64,000 bases of DNA from Eledone cirrhosa (GCA_964016885.1 OZ024740.1:267034001-267098000); one strand, 5' to 3'; counted from the stretch's first letter, positions 1 through 8,669 are shown. A program made the numbers and translations. Notes: generated by a model not told the origin, from the sequence alone.

Positions 1-23
1 ATCTATCTCTTCCATTATTTCTA

Positions 24-127
24 ATCCCACGAGGATGACTTTGCCTTTCAACCTTACCGGGTCGATAAAATAAAGTACAGGTAATGCACTGGGTAAAATT
101 GTTGGCCTTGAGCCTAAAGTAGAAACA
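24..127 (+). mobile_element. Truncated SINE fragment (octopus-type/Meta-domain-like)
   Basis: GACTTTGCCTTTCA.CCTT..CGGGTCGATAAAAT motif; 10-bp TSD ATTATTTCTA (14-23, 128-137); absent in most units. Confidence 0.7.
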
Positions 128-317
128 ATTATTTCTATATCCAGTGTTGTTTACTTTTCCAATGATGGAAAACTTTAGCCATTCTTCCTTTTTTCAAATA
201 CTTTAAAAACAAAAGGAAGCATCTTTAGATGTAAATGAAATATTTTTTTTATTTTTAAATTAAAATTTAATATTAAGTGTGATTATACCGAATATTGAAC
301 TCCCGACAATTTGACTA

Positions 318-390
318 AGGTTCCAGTGAGTCTCAAACTCACGATCTTCTGCGTGTAAAGCAGATGTGATAACCACTACACCATGGAACC
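318..390 (-). tRNA. tRNA-Val-TAC: tRNA-Val(TAC), chimeric with decayed T-arm
   Basis: Val body; T-loop TTTGAGA. Confidence 0.55.
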
Positions 391-511
391 AGACGATAGC
401 TTCTATCAAATATTATATTATCAAACACACTTACATTTGTTTTAATTTAGTGAAATTGAAACAAATATAAATGTTCTTGATGAGGAAATATTTGGTCGAC
501 AATTAATGTAC

Positions 512-584
512 GGTTCCATGGTGTAGTGGTTATCACATCTGCTTAACACATAGAAGGTTGTGAGTTCGAAACTCGCTGGAACCT
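512..584 (+). tRNA. tRNA-Val-AAC: tRNA-Val(AAC), variant
   Basis: Anticodon-stem mismatches. Confidence 0.6.
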
Positions 585-853
585 TAGTTTCTCTCTATTA
601 TTTTTCTTTTCTCAGTTGTGTTTTATTTGTCAGCATCTCACATATTTCCACTATCTATCTCTTCCATTATTTCTATATCCAGTGTTGTTTACTTTTACAA
701 TGACGGAAAACTTTAGCCCTTCTTCCTTTTTTCAAATACATTAAAAATAAAAGGAAGCATCTTTAGATGTAAATGAAATATTATTGTTTTTTTAATTAAA
801 ATTTAATATTAAGTGTGATTATACCGAATATTGAACTCCCGACAATTTGACTA

Positions 854-926
854 AGGTTCCAGTGAGTCTCAAACTCATGACCTTTTGTGTGCTAAGCAGA
901 TGTGATAGCCACTACACTATGGGAGC
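854..926 (-). pseudogene. Decayed Val-type tRNA, AGC anticodon
   Basis: Broken acceptor stem; T-loop TTTGAGA. Confidence 0.7.
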
Positions 927-1116
927 AATTACTGTCCAGTTTATCGAATAATTTTCTTTTATAGATATCTTGTGAATTTGAATTTTTTTATCTTGACTAT
1001 TATTTATATGTATAGTCTAGACTTAGAAAAGCTAGTAACCAAAGGGTTGCATCCTAACAAATATTGCCTCGCCATATATCAACGACTATCTATACGTTAG
1101 CGAATTTCTTCAATTT

Positions 1117-1619
1117 TTTTTTAACGACAAAGTATGATTTTTAAATTTGATTGTTATTTCTAGCAGTTCCAAAAACAGCGTAGATCCTCTTTGGCTGGCT
1201 AATCTTTTCATATTTGGAACTGTTTAAATACGGAAACTCTATAGATAATGAGCACAACCACAAAGATATAGTCCCAACGTGGAAGAGCTGAACTCTCACT
1301 GTCATGGCCTCCATCACTCTCGCCCTCCCCATCTTTCTGTATGGTGAAAAAATGGGGTCCCACGTGTTGGTCTCCCCACAACCCCGGCTGACAGAATGGA
1401 GAAGGCGTTTTCCCGGAGGTTAGTAAGGAATATGCACTGGAAGAGCCATTCTAACTCCGAGGCCCAAACCTGCGTCTAGCCAGCTCAACGCGAATTGTGG
1501 TGCGTAGGGAAGTAGCCCTAGGGCCAAGTAAACCAGAAATCTCTACTGCAGAGGGCTCGACCGCAAACCTGTCGTAGAGCGATCGGTACTTGCCTTGTCA
1601 AACACGTTTACGTTTCTCC
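1117..1619 (-). mobile_element. 5'-truncated CRE-like (RLE) non-LTR retrotransposon remnant; representative, recurs in every full unit
   Basis: Consensus minus-strand translation EKRKR..GKYRSLYDRFAVVPSAVETSGVLGPRA...[fs]ELEWLFQCIFLTNLRENAFSIL resembles the CRE C-terminus (K..KY, P.AVET.G, RGNA); A tail; flanked by CAATTT. Confidence 0.75.
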
Positions 1620-1855
1620 CAATTTAGTGAAAGTTGTACAAATTTAGAAGCTGTTGATTAACAATATAAATACAACGTTATGAATGGTTACTAATATTTA
1701 GCATCTACGTCAAGTACTTTTGTCAAACCCAGGTCAGCACAATTCCAACATTGGTAAAATATACAGTACTGGATATAGTAATCGACGGGAAGTTAGTCAG
1801 AAGAAATATCTGAGATTCTATCAAACACAACACAATATGAAATAGAAGCAGATAA

Positions 1856-1928
1856 AGGTTCCAGCGAGTTTCAAACTCACGACCTTCTGCGTGTAAAGCA
1901 GATGTGATAACCACTACACCATGGAACC
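1856..1928 (-). tRNA. tRNA-Val-TAC: tRNA-Val(TAC), B-box variant
   Basis: Cloverleaf; T-loop TTTGAAA. Confidence 0.65.
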
Positions 1929-2049
1929 AGACGATTGCTTCGATCAAATATTGTATTTTCAAACACATTTTCATTGGTTTTAATTTAGTGAAATTGAAAC
2001 AGATATAAATGTGGTTGATGAGGCAATATTTGGTGTACAGTAAACGTAT

Positions 2050-2122
2050 GGTTCCATGGTGTAGTGGTTATCACATCTGCTTCACACGCAAAAGGCCGTG
2101 AGTTCGAAACTCACTGGAACCT
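2050..2122 (+). tRNA. tRNA-Val-CAC: tRNA-Val(CAC), variant
   Basis: Loop TTCACAC. Confidence 0.65.
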
Positions 2123-2393
2123 TAGTTTCGCTATATTATTTTTTTTTCCTCAGTTGTGTTTTATATGTCAGCATCTCACATATTTCCTCTATCTATCTCT
2201 TCCATTATTTCTATATCCAGTGTTGTTTACTTTTCCAATGATGGAAAACTTTAGCTCTTCTTCCTTTTATCAAATACTTTAAAAACAAAAGGAAGCATCT
2301 TTAGATGTATACGAAATATTTTTTTTATTTTTAAATTAAAATTTAATATTAAGTGTGATTATACCGAATATTGAACTCCCGACAATTTGACTA

Positions 2394-2466
2394 AGGTTCC
2401 AGTGAGTCTCAAACTCATGACCTTCTGTGTGCTAATCAGACGTGATAGCCACTACACTATGGGAGC
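2394..2466 (-). pseudogene. Decayed Val-type tRNA (AGC)
   Basis: As 854-926. Confidence 0.7.
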
Positions 2467-2657
2467 AGTTACGGTCCAGTTTATCGAATAATTTTCTTTT
2501 TATAGATATCTTGTGAACTTGAATTTTTTTATCTTGACTAATATTTATATGTATAGTCTAGACTTAGAAAAGCTAGTAACCAAAGGGTTGCATCCTAACA
2601 AATATTGCCTCGCGTTATATCAACGACTAGCTATACTTTAGCAAATTTCTTCAATTT

Positions 2658-3160
2658 TTTTTTAACGACAAAATATGATTTTTAAATTTGATTGTTATTT
2701 CTAGCAGTTCCAAAAACAGCGTAGAACCTTTTTGGCTGGCTAATCTTTTTATAATTGGAAGTGTTTAAATACGCAAACTCTATAGATAATGAACACAACC
2801 ACAAGTATAGGGTCCGAACGTGGAAGAGCTGAACTATCACTGTCATCGCCTCCATCACTCTCCTCCTCCCCATCTTTCTGTATGGTGAACAAATGGGGTC
2901 CCACGTGTTGGTCTCCCCACAGCCCCGGCGGACAGAATGGAGAAGGCGGTTTCCAGGAGGTTAGTAAGGAAGATACACTGGAAGAGCCATTCTAACTCCG
3001 AGGCTCAAACCTGCGTCTAGCCAGCTCAGCGCCAATTGTGGTGCGTAGGGAAGTAGCCCTAGAGCCAAGTACACCAGAAGTCTTTAGTGCAGAGGGCACG
3101 ACCGCAAACCTGTCGTAGAGCGATCGGTACTTGCCTTGTCAAACATGTTTACGTTTCTCC
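2658..3160 (-). mobile_element. CRE-like remnant, second unit
   Basis: As 1117-1619. Confidence 0.72.
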
Positions 3161-3408
3161 CAATTTAGTGAAAGTTGTATAAATTTAGAAGCTGTTGATT
3201 AACAATGTAAATACAACGTTATGAATGGTTACTAATATTTAGCATCTACGTCAAGTACTTTTGTCAAACGAAGGTCAGCACAATTCCAACATTGGTAAAA
3301 TATACAGACTGGATATAGTAATTGACGAGAAGTTAGTCAGAAGAAATATCTGAGATTCTATCAAACACAACACAATATGAAATAGAAGGAAAAAAAAGAA
3401 GCATATAA

Positions 3409-3481
3409 AGGTTCCAGCGAGTTTCGAACTCACGACCTTCTGCGTGTAAAGCAGATGTGATAACCACTACACTATGGAACC
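3409..3481 (-). tRNA. tRNA-Val-TAC: tRNA-Val(TAC)
   Basis: Intact cloverleaf, A/B boxes, downstream T-run. Confidence 0.8.
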
Positions 3482-3601
3482 AGATGATTGCTTCGATCAA
3501 AATTGTCTTATCAAACACATTTACATTTGATTTAATTTAGTGAAATTGAAACAAATATAAATGTGCTTGATGAGGCAATATTTGGTGAACAGTAAACGTG
3601 T

Positions 3602-3674
3602 GGTTCCATGGTGTAGTGGTTATCACATCTGCTTCCCACGCGGAAGGTCGTGAGTTCGAAACTCGCTGGAACCT
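3602..3674 (+). tRNA. Val-body tRNA with CCC (Gly) anticodon
   Basis: Loop TTCCCAC. Confidence 0.6.
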
Positions 3675-3764
3675 TACTTTCGCTCTATTATTTTTTTTTA
3701 TCAGTTGTGTTTTATTTGTCAGCATCTCACATATTTCCTTTATCTATCTCTTCCATTATTTCTA

Positions 3765-3868
3765 ATCCCGCGAGGATGACTTTGCCTTTCATCCTTACCG
3801 GGTCGATAAAATAAAGTACATGTAATGCACTGGGTAAAATTGCTGGCCTTGAGCCTAAAGTAGAAACA
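3765..3868 (+). mobile_element. SINE fragment
   Basis: As 24-127; followed by a deletion junction. Confidence 0.7.
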
Positions 3869-4046
3869 ATTGGTCTCCCCACAGCCTCGGCGGACAGAAT
3901 GGAGAAGGCGTTTTCCCGGAGGTTAGTAAGGAATATGCACTGGAAGAGCCATTCTAACTCCGAGGCCCAAACCTGCGTCTAGCCAGCTCAGCGCCAATTG
4001 TGGTACGTAGGGAAGTAGCCCTAGGGCCAAGTACTCCAGAAGTCTC

Positions 4047-4349
4047 TGTTGTTAGAAAAAGCTATCTCACTTACCGCTTTTCACAGGCGCCGCTAAATTC
4101 CACTGCAGGTTACTCCTCTTCCACGTGCGTCCAACTGCTTAACACCGGGAGCTGCCCAAAACTCGCGTCCACACCGTGTTCTGGTCACCACTAGAGAGAG
4201 GCCCTCTGCTGGCCCTTCCGGTCGAGCATCCTTCCGGCCAAAAGACACTTCCGGTCGAGCGCTCCCCCGCCTCCGGCCACCGCACGCCACACACCTTCCG
4301 GTCGAGCACTCCCAAGCCTCCGGCCACCGAACGCCACTCCATACCCACA
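4047..4349 (-). repeat. 3' LTR of copy 1 (303 bp)
   Basis: Direct repeat of 8016-8271; preceded on the minus strand by purine-rich GAGATCAGAGGGGCG (PPT-like, 4350-4364). Confidence 0.92.
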
Positions 4350-4362
4350 CGCCCCTCTGATC

Positions 4363-5631
4363 TCAAGGATCAATTTCCCCCTCGTCCCTCTGCATATGAA
4401 AGTCTGCTGTCCAGGTCGTTTGTCTACGACTCCGTTGCGATCTTCGTAGCATTGGGGCAGGGCTCTGGGTTTCCACCTCATCTTGGGTTTCCTCTTCCTC
4501 GGAGTCCGTCGACACAGTGATTCTTCTTACATCTAGGACATGACGTGGTACCCCGTCCACGGACACATTGTTCTTTGAATTTACGGCCGTCACCGTTCCC
4601 CTTCCCCATTGAGATGTGCAACGTGCATCTGGCGGCTTAACCCAGACTTCTTCGCCCACCTGCACGAATGCACTCTCTCTCCCCACTGGCCGTTGTGGTG
4701 GCGAGCACGGGTGCCGCCACTCGTATTTGAATACTGCTCTGTCTGGCACCGATTCCTTGACCTGTCCAACCCGAGGGGACATATTGTACCAGAACACTGC
4801 CTCCATTGGTGAGATATGGCCCCGCTCCGCCATTGCCTTGATCGTCCGGTGGTGTCGCTCCACGATTCCATTCCCGCTCGGCCTGTGCGCTGCTCTGAAG
4901 AAACGGTCCACCTTCCATCCATCGAGCATCTCCCTCAGTGCCTCCGAGCGGAACGCTGCGCTGTTGTCCATCAGCAATTCGTCCACAGGGCCCCGCTCCA
5001 AGAACACCTCTCTCAACGTCCGCACGATTTCCTCGGCCGTTCCAGTCTTCATCTCCCTCCATATCGCCATTCGACCTGGTCCACAGTCGACCATCGAGAG
5101 GTACGTTCCCTGCCGGTAGTGCGTCACATCCACCGCTAATCGCTTCCAGTCGCGATCCACCGGGAGGCTTCCCGTTTCGTGTACACCCGGGGCGGGATCA
5201 ATGGACTGACATCGGACGCAGCCTCTAACCACCACCCGAACACTGTGTCTGCTAACGTCCGAGTCGATTCTCCTGGCTAGGAACAGGCTCCTATCCACCC
5301 CCATGTGGTGCATGTCATGCAACCCCTTCAGGTCTAACTCGGTCAGCCGACACACGGCAGCTATCTCATCCTCTACCTCCTCCGGCGCTTCCATCCAGGC
5401 TTTCTTCACTCTAGTTAAGATGTCCGCCCTATTTTTCTCTGGGGGCACGAACACTACGCTCAGCTTCAGGTCGAACTCGGTGGCCAGCTCTCCTAACGTT
5501 CCCATGCGGCGCTTTATCAGCATCTCCGCCGCGCCTCTCGTTCGCACTCTCTTCTCACTGGTGAGCACTGATCTTACCCATCCGAGTACAGTAGCCGAGT
5601 CGGTGCGTATCTCGATGGTGCGCAGCCCCAC
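4363..5631 (-). pseudogene. pol: pol RNase H C-terminal part and integrase
   Basis: TDS; H-H/CxxC zinc domain (LHDMHHMG...CVRC); DDE motifs VDVT, MDN, NGIVER. Confidence 0.92.
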
Positions 5632-6785
5632 CGCAGGGCGAGGTTCACCCTTCTCAACACCGCGTCCAGCTCGGCCACATTGATGTGGCTGCAGTCGTCC
5701 TTCTTTCTAAGCCAGGCTGCATCCTCGACCTCAACACCTCCTATCTCCAACGTGACACCCAGCGCTATGCTGCTGGCATCGCACCATACGGTCCCGCTCT
5801 GTGATTTGGGAACGTACCAGCGCCCCCGCACTGGGTCGTCGGCCTTCTCCCTCCCCACGATCTCCTGCATCAGGGCCACCGTCCTCTCTCCCACTCTGTC
5901 ACTCCAAGTCACCCCTCCCGCTCGTCTCTTGACATAGCTGCATGCCGTCCGGAGCCACCCAGCGATCGGGTAGTGACCCACCAGCTTTCCACACACCGAG
6001 AAAAGCTCCCGCCTATTCATACTTGGGCCCAGTTCCGGAACTTCGTTTCCCCTCTGGAACACCAAAACGCCCGTCTTGTCTCGCCGTAGCCTAAGTCCCA
6101 GCGCGGCTCCTCCCTCCAATGCTTCTGATGGCTTCGCAGTCAGTCCGTACCTCCGCAAATGGCTCGTGACCTCCGCCGTCGACACCACCGACTCGTCCAC
6201 TAGGATGTCGTCAATATAGGAGTTAGTAGCCCACTTTATCTTGTCGGCCCTCCCCAGAGCGGTCTTGAGGACCGCCGCCATGATCTTCGGTGCGGAGCTC
6301 AGCCCGAAACCGAGCCTGGTCAGGCAATATGTCCGGCCCTTATACCTGACCAGCTGATACCGCCAGAGCTTCTCATCTATATGCAACTGCAAGTAAGCCG
6401 ACTTTATATCCACGATCGCTGAACCCCCCGTCATGCGTCTCCACTCACGCAGGATTTCCCCACAGACATCCGTGACCTCGCCGCCCGTGTGGCATGACAC
6501 GTGCTCGTTCAGCTCCCGATAGTCCAGCACCGGCCTCACCTTGCTCTTCGTGGGTTGCACCACCGCCATCAACGGCAATACTCCGCACTTCACCTCCTCC
6601 TTCCAGGGAAGCAGTATGCCCTCTTCGATCCATCTCTCTACTTCTCGCTCGAACTCGCTCCTAGCGTTTCCCTTCAATGTGTGTTGATAGCAGCCCACTT
6701 TGGTCTTCAGTGTTCGTGGTTCTCCCTTCCAGTACCACTCAACAACCCATCGCTGCCCATCAAATACGGTCTTGAAGTCTTTGTC
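5574..6785 (-). pseudogene. pol: pol reverse transcriptase and RNase H N-terminal part
   Basis: VRPVLDYRELN, DIKSAYLQ, LGFGLSSAP, YIDD, WCDAS, AEL; upstream TAA at 6786-6788; frameshift near 5630. Confidence 0.92.
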
Positions 6786-6831
6786 TTATACAGTGTAAGC
6801 GGGATATTCCTCCTCGTGGGCCTTCTGGTTC

Positions 6832-7236
6832 TCATGACGTACTCACAGCGCATACCGATGCAGCGGCGCCAAACGACACACCGACATTGTTCACCGTGAC
6901 GCCCCCTAGACGGCCAATCGCGTCCATGCCCATAACCACGCCGATCCCATCCACCACATTGTCTACCACGATGGCGGAAAGCCTTATCCTCCTTCCCTGT
7001 ACCGCTATTTCCATCTCGCTGCGATCTCGGCATTCAATTTTCCTGCCGTCGACTGCCCTTACGCTGCTCTTCCCTCCCCACCTCTGCGCCACCCCCGCGG
7101 TCACCAGTGTCGTCGTACAGCCCGTATCCACGAGGGCTCGCTGTGGCTTCCCCCTCGCGAAGACTTCCACCACGGGCAGCGCCGCTACTCGTAAGGGGAA
7201 ACTACCGGCGCAGTAGTTCCCCTTGGATCGTTTCCC
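6832..7236 (-). pseudogene. pol: pol aspartic protease segment
   Basis: ALVDTGC catalytic motif and VVMGMD motif; frameshifted relative to RT near 6835. Confidence 0.88.
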
Positions 7237-7938
7237 TGGTCGCAGTTAGTAGCGATGTGGCCTGGTCGCTTACACCGGTAGCAAATTATCTCCGGCTTCG
7301 ACTCTCTACAGTCTCTAGCCATGTGCGGGCCCTGGCACCGAAAACAGCGCCCCCTAAACGCACGCGGACGGCTGCGTGCCGAGGTTACCTCCCTTTCAGC
7401 ATTTCGCTGCCAGGTGTCCTGAGCCTACGTAGTTGCTATCGCCGCAACATTCTTTTTGGCATCTTCCGCTATGATCCGGGCTTATTCCACCAGTGAACGC
7501 ATTTCCATCTCTTTATAACCCGGGACTTGCTGCAGTTTCACCGCTATGTCGTCCGGAAATCCATTGATGAACGCCAACCGCACCGTGCGTTCGCATTCCG
7601 CCTGGTAACCGGCTAACATAGCCAACCGCCGTATTTCCGCTGCGAAAATGTCGACGCGCTCACCATTCCACCTGATTCTCGCCAGCTTAGCAAAAGCCGC
7701 CAACGGTCCCTCGGCGAATGCATCCATCAGACGCCTCTCAATCTTCTGCACATCTCTTTGGCTGCAACTCAAGGAAGAGTACCAGCGCGTCACCCTCGAG
7801 GTACAATGCCATGAGGCCGGCCACGTCCTCTATCTTCTGCAAGCTTGCGACCAGCCGAACCTTCCGTAGCCAAGCGACAACGTCACCTTCCCCGGTGAAT
7901 GCCCTGATAGCTTCGTTCATCCGTAGTCTTGTCGCCAT
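7185..7938 (-). pseudogene. gag: gag with two zinc knuckles; disrupted
   Basis: Starts MATRLRMNE; knuckles CFRCQGPHMARDC and CYRCKRPGHIATNC; frameshift near 7765, stops at 7482-7484 and 7425-7427. Confidence 0.88.
7193..7236 (-). promoter_or_regulatory. -1 programmed ribosomal frameshift signal (gag-pol)
   Basis: G GGA AAC heptamer (7230-7236), 5-nt spacer, hairpin AAGGGGAACTAC...GTAGTTTCCCCTT; the -1 frame leads into the protease. Confidence 0.8.
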
Positions 7939-8003
7939 CTTCTGATTTGTCTTAAGGCAAGTGTTTTGGTTTTTTTTGAGATAGCTTTTTCTTTTTTTCA
8001 GTC

Positions 8004-8015
8004 GCCGAAATAGCT
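8004..8015 (-). promoter_or_regulatory. Non-canonical primer-binding site, complementary to tRNA-Phe nt 1-12
   Basis: The minus strand reads LTR-AGCTATTTCGGC; its complement GCCGAAATAGCT is the 5' end of vertebrate/insect tRNA-Phe(GAA) as I recall it. Confidence 0.65.
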
Positions 8016-8271
8016 TGTGGTTAGAAAAAACTATCTCACTTACAGCTTTTCAAAGGCGCCGCTAAATTCCACTGCAGGTTACTCCTCTTCCACGTGCGTC
8101 CAACTGCTTAACACCGGGAGCTGCCCAAAACTCGCATCCACTGCGTGTGCTGGTCACATCTAGAGAGTGGCCCTCTGCTGGCCCTTCCGGTCGAGCATCC
8201 TTCCGGCCAAAAGAGCCTTCCGGTCGAGCGCTCCCCCGCCTCCGGCCACCGCACGCCACAGCATACCCACA
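8016..8271 (-). repeat. 5' LTR of copy 1 (256 bp; lacks one 48-bp internal repeat)
   Basis: TGTGG...CCACA inverted termini; homologous to 4047-4349. Confidence 0.92.
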
Positions 8272-8596
8272 GTCTCTACTGCAGAGGGCACGACCGCAAA
8301 CCTGTCGTAGAGCAATCGGTACTTACCTTGTCAAACACGTTGACGTTTCTCCCAATTTAGGGAAAGTTGTACAAATTTAGAAGCTGTTGATTAACAATGT
8401 AAATATAACGTTTAGCATCTAATATTTAGCATCTACGTCAAGTACTTTTGTCAAACCCAGGTCAGCACAATTCCAACATTGGTAAAATATACAGTACTGG
8501 ATATAGTAATCGACGAGTAGTTAGTCAGAAGAAATATCTGAGATTCTATCAAACACAACACAATATGAAATAGAAGGAAAAAAATGAAGCATATAA

Positions 8597-8669
8597 AGGT
8601 TCCAGCGAGTTTCGAACTCACGACCTTCTGCGTGTGAAGCAGATGTGATAACCACTACACCATAGAACC
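8597..8669 (-). tRNA. tRNA-Val-CAC: tRNA-Val(CAC)
   Basis: Loop TTCACAC. Confidence 0.72.

Larger units (their letters stand above)
1745..2244. repeat. ~500-bp imperfect palindrome containing the tRNA pair (representative)
   Basis: Centre AATTT-AGTG-AAATT with loop at 1987-1990; spacer, tRNAs and 3' flanks are all inverted homologues. Confidence 0.85.
4047..8271 (-). mobile_element. Gypsy/Ty3-type (Mag-like) LTR retrotransposon, full length but defective, copy 1
   Basis: TG...CA termini, two LTRs, 5-bp TSD GTCTC (4042-4046, 8272-8276; empty site AAGTCTCTACT in other units), order gag-PR-RT-RH-IN. Confidence 0.95.

Noticed and set aside
1150-1620. snRNA, 5S or spliced-leader RNA gene in the unit
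   Set aside because: No recognisable U1/U2/U6/5S/SL motifs; better explained as a CRE remnant. No Rfam search was run.
7425-7484. In-frame TAA/TAG in gag (and TAA at 6786-6788) as stop-codon reassignment or readthrough
   Set aside because: They co-occur with ordinary frameshifts; sharing between copies is explained by duplication.
7998-8015. Canonical tRNA-Phe 3'-end PBS (TGGTGCCGAAACCC)
   Set aside because: GCCGAAA is on the wrong strand for that, there is no TGG, and it continues TAGCT as in the tRNA 5' end.
4000-8380. Many overlapping plus-strand and alternative-frame ORFs in the LTR element (also 34345-38773)
   Set aside because: Shadow ORFs of GC-rich gag-pol and LTR sequence with no recognisable motifs.
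4042-8669. tRNA-gene-targeted integration (Ty3/Ty1-like)
   Set aside because: Both copies are one event, and the site is ~320 bp downstream of a tRNA 3' end rather than at a Pol III start.
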